Source of the DNA: a virus
Lineage: Duplodnaviria; Caudoviricetes
Strand: one strand, 5' to 3'
Virus record (IMG/VR): IMGVR_UViG_3300048611_000078
Location: 1-42,660 of that record
Length of the DNA: 42,660 bases
Below the pieces are notes generated by a model, which was given only the letters and a program-made list of their open reading frames with translations, was not told the origin of the DNA and did not search any database. Positions 1-7,007 of this stretch are shown here, piece after piece (the stretch's first letter is position 1; each line of letters begins with the position of its first letter). A program made the position numbers and the translations under genes.

Positions 1-1
1 C

Positions 2-385
2 CTGTACGGTGCCAACCTGCGCGGTGCCAACCTGTACGGTGCCAACCTGCGCGGTGCCAACCTGTACGGTGCCAACCTGCGCGGTGCCGACCTGTACGAT
101 GCCAACCTGCGCGGTACCAACCTGTGCGATGCCAACCTGTACGGTGCCAACCTGTACGATGCCGACCTGCGCGGTGCCGACCTGCGCGTTTTTCAGGCCG
201 GAAGATATACAGCCTGGGTCCAAAAAACACACACCAGAATCGGGTGCCAATATCATAGCAATAAAGAGTGGAAAGCATTTGACGATGCGAAAATATCTTC
301 CATGGCTAGTGATGCTGTGGAGTGGTGGTCCGAAAACAAGAAGATTATTTTTATGATGATGGCCTCTGTCGGCAAGAAGAAATGA
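2..385 (+). CDS. Pentapeptide-repeat protein, 3' part, with DUF5758-like C-terminal domain
   Basis: Frame 2 (absent from ORF track) reads [10 protein letters not shown]...[56 protein letters not shown]...; TGA at 383-385. Confidence 0.85.
   Translation: MYGANLRGANLYGANLRGANLYGANLRGADLYDANLRGTNLCDANLYGANLYDADLRGADLRVFQAGRYTAWVQKTHTRIGCQYHSNKEWKAFDDAKISSMASDAVEWWSENKKIIFMMMASVGKKK
7..132 (+). repeat. Terminal direct overlap (nt 7-132 = nt 42535-42660) inside a 15-bp tandem repeat; circular assembly junction
   Basis: 126-nt identity by manual comparison; mismatches at nt 5-6. Confidence 0.85.
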
Positions 386-552
386 GCCACAACTTATTCA
401 ACGACCAAGCAGCAAAGAAACGCCGCACCACGGACGCCATTGCTGCCATATTCCTGCTATTGTGGGCGGTGGTAATATTCGGCAACCTGTTTGTGTGTGC
501 GGATAAGACTGCGGAGATTCAGGAGAGAAAGATCACGGAGGCCACAAGATGA
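382..552 (+). CDS. Small membrane protein
   Basis: ATGA overlap with upstream stop; one hydrophobic helix ([20 protein letters not shown]). Confidence 0.6.
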   Translation: MSHNLFNDQAAKKRRTTDAIAAIFLLLWAVVIFGNLFVCADKTAEIQERKITEATR

Positions 553-776
553 AAACGGCGGAAGATAAAGCAATTGCCTTGCTGGAAAAAACACCCGTAC
601 ACGATATCCAATACAATCGTTTGCTCCGGGCAATTACTATGGCCCTGAAAGAGCAAGACAGAGAGACTAGGCACGCTTGCGTAGAGGCAGTAAATTCACT
701 ACATCCCTCTTCTGATGGTGGGTGGATAAGCAAGAATGTAGCGGCTTCCGCATGCATGAATGCGCGGGCAGTATAG
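549..776 (+). CDS. Hypothetical phage protein
   Basis: ATGA-coupled 75-aa ORF. Confidence 0.6.
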   Translation: MKTAEDKAIALLEKTPVHDIQYNRLLRAITMALKEQDRETRHACVEAVNSLHPSSDGGWISKNVAASACMNARAV

Positions 777-783
777 TGCAACA

Positions 784-990
784 ATGAACCCAGACAAATT
801 ACTCACCGCCCTATTCCTAGCCCTGTCCCTTTTCGCGGCAACCTACGCCCACACAAACCAGGGGCTGGAGCTGGCACGGGCCGAGGAGCGATTGCTTGAT
901 GAACGCCGGTTGATTGGTTGGTGGATGATGGACGATAACGGGCAACTTTATTTTGTAAAAAGACAAAGAAAAGGTTGTGCAATAAATTAG
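784..990 (+). CDS. Small membrane/secreted hypothetical protein
   Basis: MNPDKLLTALFLALSLFAA hydrophobic N-terminus. Confidence 0.55.
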   Translation: MNPDKLLTALFLALSLFAATYAHTNQGLELARAEERLLDERRLIGWWMMDDNGQLYFVKRQRKGCAIN

Positions 991-1051
991 TTTTGTGGTA
1001 TACATTAGACAACAGGGCAGCACGACGCAGCCCATAACCGGGAGAGAAATC

Positions 1052-1228
1052 ATGGCTAAATATGCTTACGCAAACAACACCGGCAAAGACATTCGCGGTT
1101 TTGAAAATGTGATCATGGCGGCCATCGAAAACGGTGGGGTCTTTGACGACGATTTTTCCGACATTTTTACCCTCACCCCAACCCCGGCTGGCTCTGCTGC
1201 CGAATATATCCTTAATTTCGCAGACTAA
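1052..1228 (+). CDS. Hypothetical protein
   Basis: GGGAG SD, ATG 1052. Confidence 0.55.
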   Translation: MAKYAYANNTGKDIRGFENVIMAAIENGGVFDDDFSDIFTLTPTPAGSAAEYILNFAD

Positions 1229-1245
1229 TCAGGAGGATTAACAAG

Positions 1246-1425
1246 ATGCACTTTTTACAATTACACCTAACCAATAACTGCGAAATATGGATAAACATGC
1301 ATCAAGCTGAATCAATCATCCCCACAGAAGATGGTGGGAGTTTGATTGTAACATCAATCGGCAATAATTTTGTCAAAGAGTCAGTCTTAACCATCCTATC
1401 CATGTTACCCGAAGACCTGGCATAG
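1246..1425 (+). CDS. Hypothetical protein (59 aa, weakly FlbD-like)
   Basis: AGGAGG SD; MHFLQLHLTNNCEIWIN...VKESVLTI; below ORF-track cutoff. Confidence 0.55.
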   Translation: MHFLQLHLTNNCEIWINMHQAESIIPTEDGGSLIVTSIGNNFVKESVLTILSMLPEDLA

Positions 1426-1443
1426 GCAGCAGGAGATTAGAAC

Positions 1444-1788
1444 ATGCCCGAACTTGATTATTGGAAAGAATGTATTTCCATTGGCGCTGAAGAACTTGGC
1501 CCATCAATGACCGATGAGCAGCTTACTGAAATTGCCAAAAGCGTGGAAGGTGGGCATGATAATTTCGGGATGGCATTCTATTCCCCTCCGTCGAGCGAAA
1601 GGATGGACGTGATTAGGCGAGAGGCAGATGACAAACTGGCACGATTGCAGGCGGAATTTGATGCATACCGGACAAATGCCGAAACCGCAGTGAAAAAGGC
1701 ATTGAGACAATATAGCGATACGCAAGTGTCGATACACTCCGATGGTGAAGTGCTCCGCCATGGAGGGCGAACCGAAAAGATACAATAG
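1444..1788 (+). CDS. Hypothetical protein
   Basis: AGGAG SD, 114 aa. Confidence 0.7.
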   Translation: MPELDYWKECISIGAEELGPSMTDEQLTEIAKSVEGGHDNFGMAFYSPPSSERMDVIRREADDKLARLQAEFDAYRTNAETAVKKALRQYSDTQVSIHSDGEVLRHGGRTEKIQ

Positions 1789-1837
1789 CTCCGGCTCTGC
1801 GCAAGCATCCGGGCATAGGCAGCAGGAGGACACGACG

Positions 1838-1990
1838 ATGGACGACACAATGTGCTGGAACTGCGACAAGGAATACCCCCTTTTCTATCACAAATGCCCT
1901 GAATGCGGGGCGACAAACGCAAATGTCCATTTTGACGTAGCCATGCAGGAGAAAGAAGATAAAACGCTTATCACGAAGGACGCCCCATGA
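1838..1990 (+). CDS. Small zinc-ribbon protein
   Basis: AGGAGG SD; CWNC...CPEC. Confidence 0.6.
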   Translation: MDDTMCWNCDKEYPLFYHKCPECGATNANVHFDVAMQEKEDKTLITKDAP

Positions 1991-2289
1991 AAATTTCCCT
2001 TGAAATGCTGACCATGACCCCAACCCCGATAAGCAGGCGCTCAGAAATGATGTTCTCCGTAGAATGCCACATGGACATGGACCAAGCGGCAAATGCAATT
2101 CGTGCAATTCGTGACGCAATGGCCCCGGCAATCTGGGAGGCCATGCTTGACGAGGTGAACAAGGAAATCTCCGACGATCTTGCCTCTTTCCCGATCCCGG
2201 CGAACCCGGACGAAGAGGCACAATGGCAGCGCGACCGGGCGCAGTTGGTGCGGGAAGAACAGGCGCTGGCTGAGGCGGAGGGATATTAA
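1987..2289 (+). CDS. Hypothetical protein
   Basis: ATGA-coupled, 100 aa. Confidence 0.6.
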   Translation: MKISLEMLTMTPTPISRRSEMMFSVECHMDMDQAANAIRAIRDAMAPAIWEAMLDEVNKEISDDLASFPIPANPDEEAQWQRDRAQLVREEQALAEAEGY

Positions 2290-2447
2290 TGGCAGACTAC
2301 AAAGAGCCTTTTTGCAAATGCCCAGACGAAGAACCAGAAACCCCTGAGGAAATGGGGAAATATTACGCTGACAAGCAAGACGCGGCAGACCGGCGCGGTG
2401 AGGAAATACGTGACGAGAAGATGCTTGCGATTTGGGATAAAGACTAA
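2289..2447 (+). CDS. Small acidic hypothetical protein
   Basis: TAATG coupling; MADYKEPFCKCPDEE..., 52 aa. Confidence 0.5.
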   Translation: MADYKEPFCKCPDEEPETPEEMGKYYADKQDAADRRGEEIRDEKMLAIWDKD

Positions 2448-2467
2448 TAACCACGGGAGGAATAGAC

Positions 2468-3169
2468 ATGGAAACACCGGAAGAGACAAAACACACCGGG
2501 CTTGCCAAGTTGCGGGAACCTTTTTTACCAGAACAAATAAACAAGCTGCCCAAGGGAACGAAGGCACAGAACGAGTGCCCCGCCAACGAAAAGAAAAATT
2601 GCGCTATTTGCGGCGGGTGGCACCATCCAAAGATTAACCACCTTGATTATGTCGGACACGCCGCGCTCACGGCAAGGCTACTTGACTCCGACGAAGAGTG
2701 GACGTGGGATTTTCTTTCCCTCGGCCAGGACGGCTACCCGGTAATCGACAAGGACGGCGGCATGTGGATTAAGCTCACCGTCTGCGGAGTGACCCGCCTT
2801 GGCTATGGTGATGCCCAGGGCAAGGCGGGCGGGAACGCCATGAAGGAGCGGATAGGGGATGCCCTGCGCAACGCAGCTATGCGGTTTGGCGCGGCCCTGG
2901 ACCTGTGGCACAATGGCGAGACTCCGTTGTTTTCTGACGATACTGGTGATGATGCACCGAAAGGCAAGCCAGCCGCAGACCCCGAAGCAAATGCCGCGTG
3001 CGCAGAGTTAATCGAGGAAATGGAAAAGGCCGACAGCCTTGAATCTTTGGCGGCATGGGCAGCGGCAAGCAAGCCCCAGATAGATGCACTGCCTGAGATT
3101 CAGAAAAACAAGGTGCGCGGGTATTATCGGCAAGTTGAAGCGATGATAAAAGAGAAAACAACTAAATAA
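2468..3169 (+). CDS. Rad52/Sak-like single-strand annealing protein
   Basis: LDYVGHA...RL...W.W...LTVCGVTRLGYG...KERIGDALRNAAMRFG pattern; GGGAGG SD. Confidence 0.8.
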   Translation: METPEETKHTGLAKLREPFLPEQINKLPKGTKAQNECPANEKKNCAICGGWHHPKINHLDYVGHAALTARLLDSDEEWTWDFLSLGQDGYPVIDKDGGMWIKLTVCGVTRLGYGDAQGKAGGNAMKERIGDALRNAAMRFGAALDLWHNGETPLFSDDTGDDAPKGKPAADPEANAACAELIEEMEKADSLESLAAWAAASKPQIDALPEIQKNKVRGYYRQVEAMIKEKTTK

Positions 3170-3182
3170 GTGAGAGGAAGCC

Positions 3183-4151
3183 ATGGAAATAGCACTGTTA
3201 CCCGACAAAATCAACGCAGTTGAAGTGTTTACCGGCGAGAAGTTGGACGTTATCCTCACCCAGATCACCAAGGAGGCGAAAAACTTTATCCCAGACCCCA
3301 CCAATGAGAAGGGCCGGAAAGAAATCGCATCCATGGCATACAAGGTGGCCCGCTCCAAAACCGTACTGGATGATCTGGGCAAAGATCTTGTTACCGACTG
3401 GAAGTCTAAGGCAAAGCTGGTTGACGAAGCCCGGAAGAAAAGCCGCGATTATCTGGACGCGCTGAAAGACGAAGTGCGCGAACCGCTGACTAAGTGGGAG
3501 ATTGCCGAGGAATCCCGCCTCGCCGCTGAGAAGCTGGCCGCAGAGATTGACAAGGCGCGGGACGAGGCCGACATGGAAAACGCCTTGATTCAGAAGCAAA
3601 AAGAGCTTGCCGCCCGTGAATCCGAACTCTTGCGGAAAGAAGAAGAGGCGAAGGCCAAGGCGGAAGCAGAAGCCGCAGAAAAGGCCCGTATCGAGAAAGA
3701 GGCGGCAGACGAAAAAGCCAGGGTTGAACGGGAAGAGAGCATCCGCAAGGAGGCAGAGGCCCAGGCAAAGGCGGATGCAGCCGAAGCCCTGGCCAAAGCG
3801 GAACGCGACAAGGTGGCAGCGGAAGAGCGGGCCAAACTCGAAGCAAAGCAGGCAGAAAAGAACCGTATCGCCGCTGAACTCAAAGCCAAGGCTGACCAAG
3901 AAGCGGCAGTCAAGGCGGCGCAGGAAGCCGAACGGGCAAGAGTTGAACAGGAGCGCAAGGAGAAAGACGCGGCAGAGGCAAAAGCCAAAGCCGAGGCAGA
4001 CAAACTTGCCGCCAATCGCGCCCACCAATCGGCAATTAACAAGGAGGCCCTTGCTGGGTTGGTGGATAACGGTTTTACCACCGAGCAGGGCAAGGCAATT
4101 ATCACCTTGATTGCTGGCGGAAAGGTCAAGCATGTTTCGATTAAGTATTAA
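3183..4151 (+). CDS. Long coiled-coil (TolA-like) phage early protein
   Basis: GRKEIASMAYKVARSKT motif, E/A/K-rich coil; adjacent to annealing protein. Confidence 0.75.
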   Translation: MEIALLPDKINAVEVFTGEKLDVILTQITKEAKNFIPDPTNEKGRKEIASMAYKVARSKTVLDDLGKDLVTDWKSKAKLVDEARKKSRDYLDALKDEVREPLTKWEIAEESRLAAEKLAAEIDKARDEADMENALIQKQKELAARESELLRKEEEAKAKAEAEAAEKARIEKEAADEKARVEREESIRKEAEAQAKADAAEALAKAERDKVAAEERAKLEAKQAEKNRIAAELKAKADQEAAVKAAQEAERARVEQERKEKDAAEAKAKAEADKLAANRAHQSAINKEALAGLVDNGFTTEQGKAIITLIAGGKVKHVSIKY

Positions 4152-4176
4152 CCGCTAGGCTGGCGGGGGAATAAAC

Positions 4177-4629
4177 ATGGCAAACGACAAACAGCCGGAA
4201 CTGGTTGCGACCATAACCGATGATCTGCAACTGGCATACTCCGTCCCGCGCCTGCTGACGTATCACCTGGGCACCATAGGCAAGGGTCAGACGGTAACGG
4301 TTGCAATCAAGAAATACCGCAAGCCCTCTACCAACAAGCAACGGGCCTACCTGTGGGCGGCTGTCTACCCGGCTATTGTCGCGTACATTCTCAGCACCAC
4401 CGGACAGAAATTCACGACAGAGGATTTGCATACCCGTTACAAGAAGAAGTATCTGGGGTACGACACATGCGACTTGCCGGGGATGACCGATTTAATGCGG
4501 GTCCGATCTTCAACGGAAACCGATACCCAAGAATTTTGGGAGAACATGATAGAACCAATATGCCAGGAATGGGCGGAACTTGGGCTTTACATTCCTTTAC
4601 CAGAGAAGAAAATTGATGTTCATGTGTAG
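4177..4629 (+). CDS. NinB/YbcN-like recombination accessory protein
   Basis: STNKQRAYLWA...LH...KKYLG...SSTE...LYIPLP pattern. Confidence 0.6.
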   Translation: MANDKQPELVATITDDLQLAYSVPRLLTYHLGTIGKGQTVTVAIKKYRKPSTNKQRAYLWAAVYPAIVAYILSTTGQKFTTEDLHTRYKKKYLGYDTCDLPGMTDLMRVRSSTETDTQEFWENMIEPICQEWAELGLYIPLPEKKIDVHV

Positions 4630-4638
4630 GGAAAAGTC

Positions 4639-4935
4639 GTGAGTAATAATCCAACAGCGGCACAAAGGCGCAGATGGTCAAGGGTTGTCGCCCTTGGGTG
4701 CCTACCATGCAGACTTGATGAAATATACGGCACCCCTGCTTGCGTCTGTCATTGTCACGGGCATGGATATCGCAATCACGATAGGGTTTTCCCTGGATGC
4801 CCAGCTCACCACCAGGACCAGTTTGCGGTAAAAGGAACACCAAACCAAGAGAAAAACCCGCTTGAATTTCACGAACGATACGGGTCTTTTGATGAACTTC
4901 ATCGCATGACTTGTGAACTTTTAGGGGAAAAATAA
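4639..4935 (+). CDS. Ref-like / DUF968-like HNH nuclease
   Basis: GCLPC...H...CPAHH...FHERYGS. Confidence 0.65.
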   Translation: MSNNPTAAQRRRWSRVVALGCLPCRLDEIYGTPACVCHCHGHGYRNHDRVFPGCPAHHQDQFAVKGTPNQEKNPLEFHERYGSFDELHRMTCELLGEK

Positions 4936-5147
4936 TGTGCATCGGAATCCGATACCGCGCGGATATATCAACCCGCACCACCAAGCGGGGAATACAGCGA
5001 ATTGTTCACCTCCGATTCCTTGTGCGAAAATCATGCCCTGGTTGCTCCGCATGTCTCCAGGTGTTGGCATGGGCGGATCAGGGCGCATTCGTTCATCGGT
5101 TCAATGAGGTTGAGCATGGGCGGGTGTACCGGCTCGATAAGGAGTAA
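4935..5147 (+). CDS. Hypothetical protein
   Basis: TAATG coupling; CPGCSAC. Confidence 0.5.
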   Translation: MCIGIRYRADISTRTTKRGIQRIVHLRFLVRKSCPGCSACLQVLAWADQGAFVHRFNEVEHGRVYRLDKE

Positions 5148-5349
5148 AAACACCACTGGCAGTGCTGATCCAGCCAAGCGCAACCTCCCTCGAGAATCTC
5201 CCGCGCTGCTGCCCTGCACAGCAAAATCGGCACATGCAGGATTATAACCCGGAACGCCCAAAGAAAAGCGGGATTGTTAGCATACGCGGGCGCACCATTC
5301 TGAATCGAACTGACGATTATCGCCCTATTTTGGGAGTGGGTTTTTTTGT

Positions 5350-5378
5350 TTGCTTTTTCGGACGGTCGGTGATACGCT
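5350..5378 (+). promoter_or_regulatory. Putative sigma70 promoter for the replication operon
   Basis: TTGCTT-N17-TACGCT, preceded by a T-tract. Confidence 0.5.
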
Positions 5379-5382
5379 AGTG

Positions 5383-5590
5383 ATATCTGGAGGCTCAACA
5401 CTTACCAGATATAAAACGTGAACGAGGACAAAAAATGATCCTGAATTCCCACACAAGAACCGATTTGTTGAGCTTGGAGAAAGACCAAGCGGCCAAACAA
5501 GACCCCCGCCTTGCGTCATCCTTGATGCTTGTCCTCGTTCACCTTGTTTTGTCAGTTGAGCAGCAAGTCGGTTCTTTTGTGGGTGTTGAG
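5383..5590 (+). ncRNA. Structured cis-regulatory leader RNA (interleaved long-range helices)
   Basis: 5418-5431 is the exact reverse complement of 5529-5542; 5448-5470 pairs with 5561-5583 (20 WC, 2 GU, 1 mismatch); hairpin 5383-5412. Confidence 0.55.
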
Positions 5591-5602
5591 GTGGTCCAAT
5601 GA
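5435..5602 (+). CDS. Putative leader peptide (55 aa), translationally coupled to the next gene
   Basis: GAGGA SD inside helix A; ends in an ATGA overlap with the 5599 start. Confidence 0.4.
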   Translation: MILNSHTRTDLLSLEKDQAAKQDPRLASSLMLVLVHLVLSVEQQVGSFVGVEVVQ

Positions 5603-5799
5603 GTACACCTATCACAGAAGCAGAACTCGACCAGATGTTCCCGCCTGACCCCCCGCGTCAACACCCCGCGATATCGCCGTGCAAGTATTGCGGAACCATG
5701 CCACCACATCCTGTAGAGATAGGACCATTTGGCCCACATTATGGGAAGGTTATCTGCTCCGGGTGTGAAAGATTTATTTGCTGGATGCGCAAACCATGA
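5599..5799 (+). CDS. Zinc-finger protein
   Basis: CKYC...GPHYGKVICSGC...W; GAGGTGG SD. Confidence 0.65.
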   Translation: MSTPITEAELDQMFPPDPPRQHPAISPCKYCGTMPPHPVEIGPFGPHYGKVICSGCERFICWMRKP

Positions 5800-6077
5800 A
5801 GAATCTGCACGTACACGATTGGGATATATGGCAGACTTTTCGTAAAGATCGCGGTACGCCCTCATGGATAAAAATGCATCGGTCCCTGATGACGTGCCAG
5901 AAATGGGCCACTTTGTCAGACGCAGAAAAGGGACAGATGGTGTCAATATGGATTATTGCCGCAGACAAAGGCGGATATATTTCTAAAGACCCCGTTGTGA
6001 TTAAGAAAATATGCCAACTGGACTCTACTCCCGATATAGAAAAATTTATTGAATTACAACTACTTGATGTGTGTTGA
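5796..6077 (+). CDS. Phage replication initiator / replisome-organiser N-terminal domain (truncated)
   Basis: W..FRKDR..PSWIKMHR.L...W..LSD..KG pattern; stops before the linker repeats. Confidence 0.6.
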   Translation: MKNLHVHDWDIWQTFRKDRGTPSWIKMHRSLMTCQKWATLSDAEKGQMVSIWIIAADKGGYISKDPVVIKKICQLDSTPDIEKFIELQLLDVC

Positions 6078-6078
6078 C

Positions 6079-6148
6079 AACCACATGGTAACCACATGGT
6101 AACCAAACGGGGTCAAAATGACGCACCAGAGTAGAGTAGAGTAGAGTA
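6079..6148 (+). repeat. Iteron-like repeats (AACCACATGGT x2.5; AGAGT x4); candidate replication origin
   Basis: Repeats seen directly; located right after the initiator domain, as in lambdoid origins. Confidence 0.45.
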
Positions 6149-6178
6149 CAACACACCAGGGGATGTAGGGGAAAGACA

Positions 6179-7006
6179 ATGAAGATTTCTGAATCGCAAA
6201 AAAAACAACAGAAACTTTTCGAGTCTTTTTTAAATGGCGCGATTACTTGGCAGACATTCCCAGACAAGGAAGCCGACAAGGGTGACAAAAGGTTTAAGCT
6301 CACACGGGTTGAGCACGGCACCTTGACGCAATTAGGTGAAAAACTGAATTACCTTAACGGGCAAGGCGCCGGGGTGTACGCTGTGGTGAATGAGACAAAC
6401 GGCAAAGGGAGAAAGGCCGAAGATGTGGTGAGGGTTCGGTGTGTGTTCGTTGACCTTGATGGCGCACCACTTGACCCGGTGCTTGACGATATGCCGGACA
6501 TGGTGGTGGAAACCTCAAAAGGGAAATATCATGCCTACTGGCGCATTGCTGATTGTCCGCTGGCAGGATTCAAACAGGTGCAACAAAGTATCGCGGCGAA
6601 GTACAACGGAGACCCGAAGGTTTGTGATCTTCCACGGGTGATGCGTTTTCCAGGATTCTACCACCACAAGCATGAGCCTTTTTTATCCACAATTGTTTAC
6701 CGGCCCGAGCCAAACATGATAACCTTTGCTGAGGCGTGCGAGAAGTGGCCGCCACCAGCTCGAAAATTATTTTCCGCCCCCAAGTATGCTCCGACTGCCA
6801 GCGTCGATTTTAAGGGGTCTTACGGTGCCTCCGCTGGCAATAGAAATTGCCACGTTACGCGACGCTTATGCGGTGCCATATCAAGAGGGGTCAGGGGGAG
6901 CGACCTGTGGAACGAGGCGTTGCGGGAGGGGCTGGCGTGTGATCCTCCTTTGCCAGAGCACGAGATACAGTCAATTTTTAATTCTGTTTCCAGATATGGC
7001 GGGTGA
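6179..7006 (+). CDS. RepB-type DNA primase with PriCT-like C-terminus
   Basis: VFVDLD, VETSKGKYHAYW, DLPRVMRFPG motifs; GNRN...CDPPLPEHE C-terminus. Confidence 0.85.
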   Translation: MKISESQKKQQKLFESFLNGAITWQTFPDKEADKGDKRFKLTRVEHGTLTQLGEKLNYLNGQGAGVYAVVNETNGKGRKAEDVVRVRCVFVDLDGAPLDPVLDDMPDMVVETSKGKYHAYWRIADCPLAGFKQVQQSIAAKYNGDPKVCDLPRVMRFPGFYHHKHEPFLSTIVYRPEPNMITFAEACEKWPPPARKLFSAPKYAPTASVDFKGSYGASAGNRNCHVTRRLCGAISRGVRGSDLWNEALREGLACDPPLPEHEIQSIFNSVSRYGG

Positions 7007-7007
7007 A

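Noticed and set aside
1-190. Regular repeats as a possible CRISPR array
   Set aside because: No unique spacers and no cas genes; this is a coding tandem repeat.
9-356. ORF-track protein MPTCAVPTC... (and minus-strand 41989-42648)
   Set aside because: Shadow frames of the 15-bp repeat; the real frame is the pentapeptide protein.
3198-4133. Long antisense and alternative-frame ORFs over the coiled-coil gene (also 21499-22179 and 22471-23547)
   Set aside because: Explained by codon bias of the sense gene; no motifs or SD.
5242-5283. TTATAAC...GTTAGCA pair resembling attC ends
   Set aside because: About 40 bp in total with no L boxes; too short for attC.
6075-6134. In-frame TGA and TAG as evidence of stop-codon reassignment
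   Set aside because: Other genes end normally at TGA and TAG, and long genes are uninterrupted in the standard code.
6726-7007. 5' extension of the helicase ORF
   Set aside because: Overlaps the primase C-terminus; helicase motifs begin after 7008.
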